Assembly: GCA_037917675.1 (NCBI GenBank)
Contig: JAVCBW010000005.1
Span: 120,804 to 184,803 of the forward strand
DNA: 64,000 nucleotides
Direction of reading: 5' to 3'
DNA from: Thermoproteota archaeon
Lineage (GTDB): Archaea > Korarchaeota > Korarchaeia > B14-G2
Positions 49,862-60,781 of the stretch are shown here, piece by piece. Each line of letters starts with the position of its first letter. The stretch's first letter is position 1. The notes under the pieces were generated by a model, which made no database searches, was not told the DNA's origin, and saw only the letters and a list, made by a program, of their open reading frames with translations. The position numbers and the translations under genes are program-made.

Positions 49862-50734
49862 CTATACCTCTGACTGTAGCCTTCTAATCTCCTCCTCAAC
49901 CTCCCTCAGCTTAGCAGCATACTCATCTCTCTTCCTCATAAGCTCCTTAAGCCTACGCTTCCTCTCAAATGCCTCAAGATCCCTCTTAAGAGACTCAATC
50001 TGGGAGGATATCTCATCTCTCAGAGAGCTATAGCTCTCATCATCAACATCACCTGCATCTCTAAGCTTCTCAAGCTCACCTAAAGCAGCATCAAGAGCCC
50101 TGATCTTAGCCTTCACATAGCTTATCCCCCTAGAGAGCTCGTCTTCAGCAGGAGCCTCTGCCACAGGCTCAGGCTTAGCCTCCTCAAGCCTACCAGGAGC
50201 CTCAGGAGGCTTCTCTCCTCCAGCAGGGCTCTCAAGCTCTCTGGCAGCAGGCTCAGAAGGCACTAGAGGAGGGGGAGGGAGCTCAGGAGGCTGCTCAGGT
50301 GTAGGAGGCTGCTCAGCTATAGACTCAAGCTCACGCTTAAGCTCATTAAGCCTCTTAGAAAGCTCATCTATGTCCAGCTCCAGAGGAGCTGCTGGACGCT
50401 CACCGCCACCTATCAGCAGCTCCTCTAATCTAGCTCTAGCAGCCTCAAGCTCACTAGGCAAGACCTCAGATGGAGCTGTCTCAGGCTGAACTGAGGCAGC
50501 TTCCTCAGGTGGTAAGGGAGGTTTCGGAGGAGGAAGCTCTCCACCTCTAGCCTCCAATGCAGCACGCCTCGCCCTAAGGTATAAAGTGAGAGAATACAGG
50601 AACACAGCTAGAGAAGCTAGGACACATATGAACGCCACAAACATCACAGGAGTCTTCAGCACATCTGGGAGAGGAAGCCTACTAAGCAGCTCACTCAGCT
50701 GAGATCCAAGCCAAGACAGGAAGCCTTGCTGCAA
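49862..50734 (-). CDS. Single-TM protein with Pro/Glu-rich linkers and coiled coils
   Basis: N-terminal TM, PPPKPPLPP and EQPP tracts, heptad repeats, SHOCT-like LEKLRDAGDVDDESY. Confidence 0.7.
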   Translation of the reverse strand: MQQGFLSWLGSQLSELLSRLPLPDVLKTPVMFVAFICVLASLAVFLYSLTLYLRARRAALEARGGELPPPKPPLPPEEAASVQPETAPSEVLPSELEAARARLEELLIGGGERPAAPLELDIDELSKRLNELKRELESIAEQPPTPEQPPELPPPPLVPSEPAARELESPAGGEKPPEAPGRLEEAKPEPVAEAPAEDELSRGISYVKAKIRALDAALGELEKLRDAGDVDDESYSSLRDEISSQIESLKRDLEAFERKRRLKELMRKRDEYAAKLREVEEEIRRLQSEV

Positions 50735-50746
50735 GCTTCAACGCCT

Positions 50747-51499
50747 CTAAGTAGCTAGCATAAACACCAACTTAAATATTATGTTACCTACCATGAGAGC
50801 AGCTATGAACCCTCCTAGTATAAAGACGATGTGAGGCAAGCCGACAGTACACCACACATATACGTCTCCACACATGGCATAAAGCCTCTCAGCACCACCA
50901 ACCCAGCCACCATCGAACACATCAACCTTCAAGCTAAGCCGAACACGCCTCCTCACACCATCATCAAAAGACAGCTCCTCCACTGGAGCCAGAACACTCC
51001 TCCTATCCAACAGCACACTAAGCCTCTCCGGGTAGGCTACAAGAGGCAGAAGAGCCCTAGCATACAGCGGAGCCTCCACACCTCTCGGGAAGCAGCCCTT
51101 CAAGTAGGCGGCAACAGACCTCCCAAGAAAGTAGAGTACAGAGAAGGCACTCAGCAGAATAGAGTTGATAAAGACGTCAACACCCATAAAACCAAGCAAG
51201 AAACCCCTCCTATAGACAGGGAGCGCCACAGCACAGACAACAATAGCTATACAGTCAGCCTCACCCATAGCCCTAGAAGCCTTCAAAGCCAGAGCGACAG
51301 CGAGAGCACAGCCTATAGAAGCCAGATGAGCACTTAAACCACCATATAAAGCTACCCTAATAGCTTCAGCAGGAACCAGTACAGCCAAGCACACAGCCCA
51401 AACCCTGTCGTCAACAAGCCTACTCCTCAGATCCTGAATGGAAGCAGCTAGAAGACCACAAGCACAAGCCACAACAGACACAAAATCCAGCAGCCTCAA
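50747..51499 (-). CDS. Prepilin/prearchaellin peptidase (PibD/FlaK-like, A24)
   Basis: QDLRSR.V.D, MGEAD, C-terminal VW.T.GLP.IV.I. Confidence 0.85.
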   Translation of the reverse strand: MRLLDFVSVVACACGLLAASIQDLRSRLVDDRVWAVCLAVLVPAEAIRVALYGGLSAHLASIGCALAVALALKASRAMGEADCIAIVVCAVALPVYRRGFLLGFMGVDVFINSILLSAFSVLYFLGRSVAAYLKGCFPRGVEAPLYARALLPLVAYPERLSVLLDRRSVLAPVEELSFDDGVRRRVRLSLKVDVFDGGWVGGAERLYAMCGDVYVWCTVGLPHIVFILGGFIAALMVGNIIFKLVFMLAT

Positions 51500-51509
51500 A
51501 AGCCACCAC

Positions 51510-52379
51510 TCACTTCTCAGGATTCATAGCATCAAGCATCAGAAAGTAAGCGAACACACCGATAGGCATCATTATAAAGGCGAAAAGCACAACTAGAGCT
51601 GTAACAGAGAAAGCAAACCCTGGAGTAAGAGAGCTCATAACACTAGACATCACCACAAAAATCAAGGGAGCCACAACAAAGAGAACAACATAGAACTCAG
51701 CCATCATACCAACACGGTCAGCAAGCTCCCTAACCTTAACCCTACGCTCCTCCAGAAGCCTCTCACTCTCAACCTCCAGAAAATGCTGCAAGCTACCTCC
51801 ACTCCTAACAGTAGCGATAAAAGACTCAAGAAAGTCCCTAAACCTGAGAGAAGGAGACCTCCTAGAAGCCCTCTCAAGAGCAGACAGCAGATCACGGCCA
51901 AAAACCAAAATATCCCTCAGAATAAGCCCAAACTCACGAGCAACCTCCCCATAAACACCCCTCTGATTAGCAATAATCCTGAACATAAACACAGGTGAAA
52001 CACCTGCACTAGCCAAAGTAGCAAGATAACTCACAGCATAAGGAAGCTTCTTCTCAATATCAGACCTCCGACCACTAGCCTTCAAATCAGGATAAACCAT
52101 AAACCCAACAAAAGTAGCCAACCCAGCAATAACAGGAGAAAACAAACCCAAAAACCCAGCCAAAGGAAACCCACCAGAAGGCAAAAGCAAAAGAAACAAT
52201 GGAACAACAACACCAGCTACAGCAGCAGCCAAAAGAGAAGCAAAAATAGCCAACGCCAAGTAAACAGAAGGCATCATACTAATAGCAGCCCTCTGAAGCC
52301 TAACAGAAAGCCACCCACTCAGCCTACTACCCTCAGTCCTCCTACCAAAAAGCTTGTAAGCCCCAACAGCAAGAGACAA
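51510..52379 (-). CDS. Type IV pilus membrane platform protein (TadC/ArlJ-like)
   Basis: IEKKLPYA..Y..TL..AG, YGEVAREF, G.DL..AL, PS, SGG.L, AEFYV; likely TTG start at 52379 behind GGGGGTGG. Confidence 0.88.
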   Translation of the reverse strand: MSLAVGAYKLFGRRTEGSRLSGWLSVRLQRAAISMMPSVYLALAIFASLLAAAVAGVVVPLFLLLLPSGGFPLAGFLGLFSPVIAGLATFVGFMVYPDLKASGRRSDIEKKLPYAVSYLATLASAGVSPVFMFRIIANQRGVYGEVAREFGLILRDILVFGRDLLSALERASRRSPSLRFRDFLESFIATVRSGGSLQHFLEVESERLLEERRVKVRELADRVGMMAEFYVVLFVVAPLIFVVMSSVMSSLTPGFAFSVTALVVLFAFIMMPIGVFAYFLMLDAMNPEK

Positions 52380-52678
52380 AAAACCACCCCCAACCAACAC
52401 AAACACCCACACACTTTTAAACCCATCGAAACACCCACACAGAAAACAAGCAGAAAAACAAGACACCACAAGACACAAACAAAAAAGCACCACTAAAGAG
52501 ATAGAGCAGCATCCACTTGGCTCACCCATAATTATGTTGCATAAACAACACAGAAGCCTACACCCATCTAACGCAACCCCCAGCCAGCATCCAAAACAAC
52601 CATCAAGGATACATCATCTAACCATCTATCGCAGCACAGGCCACAAAATAAGCAGCAAACGACAGCCCTTAACAGGAG

Positions 52679-52691
52679 GAAAGTTTATAAA
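52679..52691 (+). promoter_or_regulatory. BRE/TATA promoter of pilin 1
   Basis: GAAAG followed by TTTATAAA upstream of the pilin. Confidence 0.6.
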
Positions 52692-52723
52692 CTTCAGTCA
52701 GCTATCAAATGAATGGTGGAAAA

Positions 52724-53167
52724 ATGAAGAGGAGAGGTATAAGCCCTGTTGTGGCAACTATTCTTCTCATAGCCATAGCAGTAGCAGCAGTAGCCATAAC
52801 CTACGTATGGTACATGAGCTTCCAGAGCAGGATGCAAGAAGAAACAGAGAAAAGAGCAGCAGAAGAAGCAGTAAGGCAAAAAGGAGCAATAAAAATAGAA
52901 AAACTATCTACAGATCCAGAGGGAAGTCTATTCATAGCAATAAGAAATGTTGGAACAGTAAAGCTGACTGATATAACAGTTTATGCAGACTTAAAGGGGA
53001 CAATAGCTACCAAAACTGTCAACGGTCTAGATCCTGGAAAGGGAACAACGATCTCATGGCCTTCAGCTTTTACAGCCGTTAATGCTGGTGATGTAATAAC
53101 GGTGAAAGTGGTTTCTGCAGAGGGAGCTAGCGCAGAGGCAGCTGTAACAGTACCACCATCAGGATAA
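52724..53167 (+). CDS. Archaeal type IV pilin (pilin 1)
   Basis: MKRRG|ISPVVATILLIAIAVAAV class III signal; IRNVG motif. Confidence 0.92.
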   Translation: MKRRGISPVVATILLIAIAVAAVAITYVWYMSFQSRMQEETEKRAAEEAVRQKGAIKIEKLSTDPEGSLFIAIRNVGTVKLTDITVYADLKGTIATKTVNGLDPGKGTTISWPSAFTAVNAGDVITVKVVSAEGASAEAAVTVPPSG

Positions 53168-53192
53168 AGTGTACTCTAAAGGAAGATGTGGG

Positions 53193-55058
53193 TCATTTGC
53201 TGCTTCCTTCATTTATTTTGTAGATTCTAACAAACTTGTTTTCAAACACTAGCTCATACATCTCGTTATAGGTTTCTAGTTCCTTGTATTGTTTGTCGTG
53301 TCTGTAAGTTATGATATAGATCACGCTGTTTTTGACGAGTTTACTCCAGCTTTCATGTGTAGTCATATTGGCATAGATTTTCCATGCATCTCTCTCTTTA
53401 ATCAGCATTTCATGGCGTGTTAGATTTTCAGTTGGAGGTATATAGTATAGGTCTTCATTGTAGATCCTTCTGCCAGTAAATACTGGCAGGAATCTATCGT
53501 ATCTGCCATATGTTGTGAAGATAAGTTTATCAGGTGGGGTATTGTCGTGAAGCCATTTAAATCCCTCATATACTTTCTGCTGGATGCTTGCTACCTTTAA
53601 TGGGTAGTCTGTATGCATCTCATATAGATTCATTAACGTAAGGTTGCCTAGGTGAAGAGAGAATGATATGAATAGCAGTAAAGTTATTACCTTTGATAGT
53701 TTGATCACGCGTATATTCTCTAGCTTATCTACGAAATTAAAGTATGCGGCTAGTGCTAGACCTGATAAGATTGGAGCTGCCATTTGCACTAATGTGACAA
53801 CTCGAGGCAAATGGAACCCTAGTGGTGCCAGTAGTGTGTAGAATAAAGGCCAGTAGGCTAGATACCTCCTATCACTATCAGTGGCCGCGAAAACTATTCC
53901 TATAAAATGCATAGCTGTGAATATATGGTAGTTCCAAGCCATCTGAGTTTGAATCAAGAATTTTAATGCTTGTATACCTCTAGGGGGTATGCCTGTTATT
54001 CCTCCATCAGCTGTGAAGAGATAGTTGTTTGATCTCTTGACTACTTGCAGTAGTCCAAGGTTTAATATATTTGGTAGCACTTTTATGCTCCAGGGGAGGA
54101 GCAAGGCTATTGTCATTAGCATTATCTTTTGGAAGTTGACTTCTCTCAGGATGCTTACTCTACTCTTAAGGGAAAGTAGTGGTATTGCTGGTAGTAGGAT
54201 TAATGTGAAAATTAGGTAGTTCGCGAAAAAGCATTGTGCTATGCAAATAGCTAGTAGAGGTTCTTTTACACATTTTTTCAGGTTCGGTAAGGTTAGGATC
54301 GTTGCCAATGCTAGGAATGAAGGCATCGATGACATTGCGCCCATTAGCTGCTCCAGCAAGTCTGGTGCAGCCACAAGAGAAGCTATTCCAGTGCTTAGAA
54401 GTACTGCTGCATTTCTTTTCAGAATCCTCTTTGAGAGTAGATAGTATTGTAGCAGGAAGAGTAGGCTGAGGTATAGCCATATGATTCTAGTTATACGGGT
54501 TATTTCTAGGGGGGATTTTCCATAAAATTGTGCATAGGCTGCTACTAGCGCGTGGAAGCCGATTTGATAGTTTATAGGCCCACTGTAGTATGGCTCCCAT
54601 GTAGTGAAAATTTGCTGCTTTGTCGCTAGCAGATAGCTCAGTGCTATGTGTAATGGTGTATCTCCTGCAAGTGGGAAAACTGGAGCTATTATCTCGTTCA
54701 TAACTCTATTTGAAAATCCTATGAGTACAATTAAAGAAGCCAGTGCATGTATATGCTTCTCCTCACATCTCTTTAATGCTAGTTTTCCCTTCCTCAAGAC
54801 TATCAGCAGAACAGCAGCTATTAATATTGAGAACGATGTTATTAAGTTTTCTTGAGTTATACTGAGTCCAATCAGGTTAATGTATGCAATAAACAAGGGA
54901 GCAAATAGATTGCTTATGGTTAATGCGAGTATAATATATTCAAAGGCATCAAGCTCATTACACTGACACAAATATAATATGAGAAACCCTGGTGCATTGA
55001 TAAGAGAAAAGCCAAGCATAGCATAGAGGAAATGGTATGACATTTCTCTTCCCCCCAA
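53193..55058 (-). CDS. GT-C fold membrane glycosyltransferase-like protein
   Basis: Many TMs, early loop GDTPLH, Y..GFH, C-terminal extracellular domain with W..DNTP. Confidence 0.7.
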   Translation of the reverse strand: MGGREMSYHFLYAMLGFSLINAPGFLILYLCQCNELDAFEYIILALTISNLFAPLFIAYINLIGLSITQENLITSFSILIAAVLLIVLRKGKLALKRCEEKHIHALASLIVLIGFSNRVMNEIIAPVFPLAGDTPLHIALSYLLATKQQIFTTWEPYYSGPINYQIGFHALVAAYAQFYGKSPLEITRITRIIWLYLSLLFLLQYYLLSKRILKRNAAVLLSTGIASLVAAPDLLEQLMGAMSSMPSFLALATILTLPNLKKCVKEPLLAICIAQCFFANYLIFTLILLPAIPLLSLKSRVSILREVNFQKIMLMTIALLLPWSIKVLPNILNLGLLQVVKRSNNYLFTADGGITGIPPRGIQALKFLIQTQMAWNYHIFTAMHFIGIVFAATDSDRRYLAYWPLFYTLLAPLGFHLPRVVTLVQMAAPILSGLALAAYFNFVDKLENIRVIKLSKVITLLLFISFSLHLGNLTLMNLYEMHTDYPLKVASIQQKVYEGFKWLHDNTPPDKLIFTTYGRYDRFLPVFTGRRIYNEDLYYIPPTENLTRHEMLIKERDAWKIYANMTTHESWSKLVKNSVIYIITYRHDKQYKELETYNEMYELVFENKFVRIYKINEGSSK

Positions 55059-55171
55059 TATATCCTAAAACATAGGAGCTATATATATGCTGGTTACTAA
55101 TTGATCATATTCACTGTATTTGGCAGTGAAGAGGGTTAGGCTTTAAAAGTTTTAATATGATGAGATAGAAG

Positions 55172-55945
55172 ATGAGGATATTTTATGTAATGTCTGCATT
55201 CAATGAGGAAGCGGGAATTAGAAGAGTTTTAGAATATTTAGAGAAGTTAAGTAGGCTGCTGTGTAGTATTAATATCGAATTAGAGGTTGTTGCAGTAGAT
55301 GATGGGTCTACTGACTTTACTTGGAGTATTTTGAGAAAAGCTGCTAGGGAAAGAGCCGTAAAGCTACATCATATTAGAATCAATCATGTTGGTAGGGGGC
55401 TATGAGAGCAGGAGTTAATCATAATTCTTATTCTTTATTAATAAATATGGTGGGAGCGCTGGAATACTGGCTTGGAGCTTTGCTGATCTTATTATTCCTC
55501 CTTCACAGTTTATGTATGCCATAAGCTTGATACGTGATGGAGAGTATGATGGAGTTTTTTATCAAAGTACATGAAAGGTGCCTCTTTTAAAAGAAAGCTT
55601 TACCGTGTTCTTACTGGTGTTACCTTTAACTTAGTCATTAGGATGCTTTTCTTAGTTAATTGTAGTGATACGCAGGGTGTGAAGTTTCTTAGGCTAACTG
55701 ATAAGATGTGGGATATCTTAGATAGTCTAGTTCTTGATTGTTTCCTTGTGGATACTGAGCTTTCTCTTAAAGTTCTCAAATCGAGGTTTAGCATAAGAGA
55801 GATTCCATGGAATCTTGTTGAGATAGACTCTGGTAGCAAGGTTGACTTAATAAGTATGCTTAGGATGTTATTCCGCTTATCTAAGCTTGCTTTGATAGTT
55901 AATAGAGCCAGCTCCTACTTTGGTGATGTTAATGTGGAAGGATAG
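55172..55945 (+). pseudogene. GT2 (Dol-P-glycosyl synthase-like) glycosyltransferase, frameshifted
   Basis: AFNEE, VDDGSTD, SDTQG, DTEL split across frames; breaks at G5 (55395-55399) and T6 (55555-55560); may be sequencing error. Confidence 0.7.
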
Positions 55946-57670
55946 ATGGATACATGTACATGTTATAGGAGGTTATGTCGCGTTGGCTGTGGTACTTACT
56001 TATCCTCTTGTTTTTGAGATTCACGTAAGATTCTCACTTCTCATATATTGGTATTACTTGTGGGAAGCATGGTGGGTTAGAGAGGCTTTTTCCCAGGGGG
56101 GAGTATCTTTTACTGTGATATCATATTCTATCCAAAGGGACTGCCTCTGATTTTTATGGATGGATAGCTTCATGTCCTTTTTATCTCAATATTGTATCTG
56201 GTGTTAGGATTTCCCATGGCACATAATACTATTTTTTGCTATTATAGTTTTCTCAGCTTATGCCATGTTTCTTCTCGCTAGATGGGTCTGTAAAGATAAT
56301 AGAGCAGCTTTTGTTGCAGGAGTTATCTACGGTTTTTCTCCTTACTTGTTTGCTCATGCTTATCCAGGACATGTTAACTTGATTCATGTGGAGTTTATCC
56401 CCATATTCATCCTAGAGATTTTGAGATATCTTGAAGAAGAGAAGTTTAAGCATCTTTTACTAGCTTCGCTTTCTTTAGCTGCCATAATGCTTTGTAGCCT
56501 ATATTACCTTCTTTATATGCTGCTTTTCCTGCTTGTTTGCTCTATCTGGGAGGTTAGACAGAGCTGGAGGGATGTAGCTTCAGTACCGTCATTTTATGTA
56601 AGGAGTTATGCTAAGCTGTTTTTAATCTTATTCATTGCTGTGTTCCCTTTTTCTATGGAAATGGCTCTATGGCTGCCTAAATCTGGGTATATGAGGGCTC
56701 CGGTAGAGCATACAGTTGCTTTTTCTTCTGACTTCTTTAGCTTTTTTATGCCGTCTTTTATGCATCCTGTATTTGGTAGGGTTCATAGATCTATTAGATT
56801 CTCTGGGAATCCGTGGGAGCAAACTAATTATCTGGGGTATACTCCTCTATTTCTGTCGATTTACATTCTTTTATCACGTGAATCTAGGAGAGTTGTTAGA
56901 TTCTGGTGGTGCTCACTGTTAACTTGAGTTATGCTCTCAATGGGGCCTAAGCTTCATGTCCTCGGGTTCAGTGAGTTTACAGGCTTTAAGGTGAGCATTC
57001 CTCTTCCTTATGTTTTGGTTTATTACCTGATCCCACTTTTAAGGTACACTAGGGTTCCTAGTAGACTCTATGTTCTGGTGAATGTGAGTCTTTCTCTGCT
57101 TAGCTCGCTTGGTATGAAGAGTCTCTCAGAAAGGTGTTCTAGTAGAGATTTATTAGAGCGCTATTTGTGATAGGATTGATATTGTTTGAGTATTTAAGTG
57201 CTCCTTTGCCTTTACATAATATAGAGACCCCACAAGCTTACTATGAGCTAACAAAAAGGACAGAGGACTGCGCCATACTAGAGCTACCAGCTGTATTTGA
57301 TATCCTAATTAGAGAAGATAACAGAACAAGCCATGTATACACAATGGTAGATAAGCTGCCCCTAGTATATGATAATCAGCTATATGTTTTTTACCAGGTT
57401 ATTCATAGAAAGAAGCTGGTGAATGGGCCTTCAAGAGCTCCAGAGGAATGTATAGAGCTGGTGAATTCTCTTTGCAAGAGCTTAGTAACAGATTCTCCAA
57501 GCGAAGCCAGAGAGAGGCTAGCTAAGCATAGAATTAGATATGTGCTTTTGCACTTAGACCTATATGCGGAGGAGTACCATGGTTATATTCAGCAGCGGCT
57601 TGCAGAGATAGGAGCTAACATCATCTATAGGGGAGACAAAATTGTTTTATATGAGATCCCTTCATCTTGA
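55932..57670 (+). pseudogene. GT-C/YfhO-like membrane glycosyltransferase, fragmented
   Basis: Consecutive fragments carry TYPL, FYPKG, YGFSPY, GH.NL, YLG, R.PSR, ILELP, YQ..H.K; frameshifts at G6/T6 runs and an in-frame TGA at 56925-56927. Confidence 0.7.
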
Positions 57671-57903
57671 TACAGCCTGATTTTCTCTTGCCATTTAACT
57701 CTATACTAAGAGCAACTATTCTTCTCATAAGAGGTTTGACTGACATTGATCTAGAAGCTATGTTAACAGTGAACATTATGATTAAAGAAGAAGCTATAGC
57801 CGAAAAATAGTAGATATTACCTCTTTACAACCTTAGAATGCCATAGACATCCAGTTATCTTCTTCATTCATCATTTATAAGAGGCTAGTTTAATGTATCC
57901 CTC

Positions 57904-59682
57904 TTATTGCTTGATTTTTAATATTATGTGTTCTTTGGTTTGTGCTATTATGGTGAGTTGTGAGCTGTCTATGTAGTCTTTAGTGTTATATGCTCTCTTA
58001 TTTATGATTATGTAGGTGTATCCTTCTTTTATAGCTTCTGTTATGACTTCTTCTGGTGTTTCTATTGTTGCTATATAGGTTATGTTTGGGGGCTTCTCTT
58101 CTGTTGTAGTTAAGGCTTCTGTGAAGCTTATGAATGGCTCTACTTGGAATATTGTTTTTGTGTGTGGGGTTGTTGTTATGGTGTAGTTGAGTGTGACTAT
58201 TCTGAGGAGCTTTTCACTTGGTTTTGTGTTGTTTTGGATCCATTTGTATAGGTTTTTCTCCTCCTTGTATGTGCTGACGGCTTTTTTGAGGTGTTCTATG
58301 GGGAGCTGGTGGGGGGTTGGGGGGTAGTTCCCTGTTACTAGGAGTGTGATTAGGACTACTGTTAGTAGTAGGTTAGCTTTCCTCTGGTTTTCTTGCTTAA
58401 CTGTGGTGTATAGTTTGCTGATGAGCCATCCTGTTAATAGAGAGGATGGTGTCATGGAGCATAGGACTGCTCTGCCTTTAGCTGATACGAAGGATTTCTC
58501 AGAGAATAATGTGATGTTGTATCCTCCTTGGGTTGAGGAATATGGGAGTACTTTGGCTGTGATAGCTATGGTAGCTAGGATGATCCACCATGTTAGGAGG
58601 AGTTTTAGCTTCGGGCTTCTTGAGGCGTGTAGTATGGCTGTGGTTACTGCGATAGCTGCTAGGGTAAGTGGTATTGGGCCATAGAGCCTTAGGAAGACGT
58701 ATAGGGTCTTGGAGTGCTCGTATATGGATAGCTCTATGCTGTTTCTTGGTGGTGGTATTAGGTATGCTGAGCCTGTGATGAACTCTTTTGAGTGTAATGT
58801 GGTCTGTATGATCCATGGGTATGATATGTGGAGGGAGAGGAGTGTGAAGCTTAGGAGGATTACTGTCCTTTTTACGTACTCTGGTTTCTTCTGATGTAGG
58901 GCGGCTGTAGCTGCGTAGATGGCTAGTGTCGTGTATGTTATTATGTAGGTTACGTGGGTTGCAGGTAGGGCTGCTATTAGGGGGGCTGCTAGCATAAGGG
59001 ATTGTTTGCCTCCATCTGTGATGAATGCTAGAGCTATGGGTAGTATGTTTAAGGTTATTGTGTCAGCTAGCAGGTTAGCTATGGTATCTTGATGGAAGTG
59101 GATTACTGGTGTAGCTAGGATGAGGGCTGAGGTTAGGGATGCAGTGATGGCGCCTATCTTCTCCTTGAATAGGAGGGTGTAGGCTGAGTACATTGAAGCA
59201 ACGTATAGTGTCGTGAAGATGAGGGTAGCTAGTCTTAAGGTGAATATTAGGGGCACTCTGAGAGCGTGTAGGAGCGCCATCATGACGTGTACTACTGGGG
59301 GATAGGGGTACTCTGAGATTGGTTTAGCTGATATTATGTCTTTCGTCCACTTGATGTGGCGTATGGGGTCTGTTCTAATCTGGAAGTCTAGGTTTGGTGG
59401 TATTGGGCTAGACATCCATAGGCTGACGTATTGGATTGAGGCTAGTATGAGTATGATTGTAGGCAGCAGATCCCTGAGGCTGAGAGAAAGCTTGATGCCT
59501 ATGTGGTGGAGAATGGCTATGGAGGCAGCTATCCCTAGGGCTGCTGGAAGCAGGAAGACTTGTAGCGGTACTGGAGATACTAGCCTTAGGGAGGCGGCTG
59601 CTATCCCCATTATTCCTAGTGTGCTTGATGCCATGTATGTTATAGCATATGATTTAGGGAGGCTAGCGGTAGAGGCTCTCAA
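57904..59682 (-). CDS. GT-C fold membrane glycosyltransferase-like protein
   Basis: Many TMs, early loop TDPIRH, YPP..H, C-terminal W.QNNT domain. Confidence 0.65.
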   Translation of the reverse strand: MRASTASLPKSYAITYMASSTLGIMGIAAASLRLVSPVPLQVFLLPAALGIAASIAILHHIGIKLSLSLRDLLPTIILILASIQYVSLWMSSPIPPNLDFQIRTDPIRHIKWTKDIISAKPISEYPYPPVVHVMMALLHALRVPLIFTLRLATLIFTTLYVASMYSAYTLLFKEKIGAITASLTSALILATPVIHFHQDTIANLLADTITLNILPIALAFITDGGKQSLMLAAPLIAALPATHVTYIITYTTLAIYAATAALHQKKPEYVKRTVILLSFTLLSLHISYPWIIQTTLHSKEFITGSAYLIPPPRNSIELSIYEHSKTLYVFLRLYGPIPLTLAAIAVTTAILHASRSPKLKLLLTWWIILATIAITAKVLPYSSTQGGYNITLFSEKSFVSAKGRAVLCSMTPSSLLTGWLISKLYTTVKQENQRKANLLLTVVLITLLVTGNYPPTPHQLPIEHLKKAVSTYKEEKNLYKWIQNNTKPSEKLLRIVTLNYTITTTPHTKTIFQVEPFISFTEALTTTEEKPPNITYIATIETPEEVITEAIKEGYTYIIINKRAYNTKDYIDSSQLTIIAQTKEHIILKIKQ

Positions 59683-59749
59683 GACGCCACCTACAGCCCT
59701 GACGTCCAGAGTTTATATATGATCGCCTAAGCGAGTTATCGGGGGTTGC

Positions 59750-60781
59750 TTGAGGATTGCTGTGGTTATCCCAGCATATAATGAGGAAGAGAACGTTGGA
59801 GAGGTTGTACGTGGTGTAAAGTCTCTTAGTGGGGTTGGGGAGGTTTTGGCTGTAGTTGTTGATGATGGGTCTGTGGATGAGACGGGTAAGATAGCTGCTG
59901 AAGCTGGGGCTGATGTTGTAGTCCGTCATCATAGGAATATGGGGCTTGGCGTGGCGTTAGGAAGGCTTTGGAGCTTGGAGCTGACATAGTCGTGACCATT
60001 GATGGAGATGGGCAGTTTGATCCTGCTGAGATGCCTAAGCTCATTAAGCCGATAGCTAATGGTGAAGCTGATGTTGTTGGAAGCAGGTTTCTCGAGGGAA
60101 GCCCGAATGCCTTTTATGAAGAAGCTGGGTAATAGGATAGTTACCAGCTTGATTAACTTCCTTACTAGATGTAGGTTTACAGATACGCAGTGTGGCTTTA
60201 GGGCATATAGTAGGGAGGCTGCTCTCCGCTTGAATGTACACTCTAGTTTCACATACACTCAAGAGGTTTTCATTGATCTCGTAAGTAAGGGGCTGAGGAT
60301 AATTGAGGTTCCTGTCTCAGTCAGGTACTATGAGGGCAGGGAAAGCCGGGTGGTGAGGAATCCTTTGGTGTATGGGGTTAGGGTGCTGGCGATAGCAGCC
60401 TTGGCTTCTAAGGAGGTGCGGCCGCTATTCTTCTATGGGACGCTAGCTTTGAGCTTTCTTGCCTCTGGTGGCATGCTGGGAGCAGCTCTCCTTGTGAGGT
60501 GGATGCTTACAGGTGTGGTTTCACCATATAGGTCTCTAGTGGATGTAGCTCAGCTCCTCTTAGTAACTGGTATTGTGCTGCTGGCTGTCGCCCTAGTAGG
60601 AGACTCTCAGGCTAGACAGAGGAGGATACTAGATGAAATCCTCTACTATATGAGGAAGTTAGAGCTGTCAGGTGGTCCAGATAGAGTGGTATATGAGGCC
60701 AGCTTCTCTAGCTTGAGTAGGAGACCAGATTCCAGGGATGTCTATGATAACAGCTACACCCTGCTCTCTAATCCACCTTAG
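59750..60781 (+). pseudogene. GT2 glycosyltransferase (DPM1-like) with C-terminal TMs, frameshifted
   Basis: IPAYNEE, VDDGS.D; middle frame gives IDGDGQFDP and GSRF; later DTQCGFRA; small indels near 59958 and 60100. Confidence 0.75.

Noticed and set aside
52380-52529. Cys/Phe/Val-rich N-terminal extension of the TadC ORF, and G-runs suggesting a G-quadruplex
   Set aside because: Both follow from the extreme G+T skew; an SD plus TTG at 52379 gives a normal start, and the G-run loops are long
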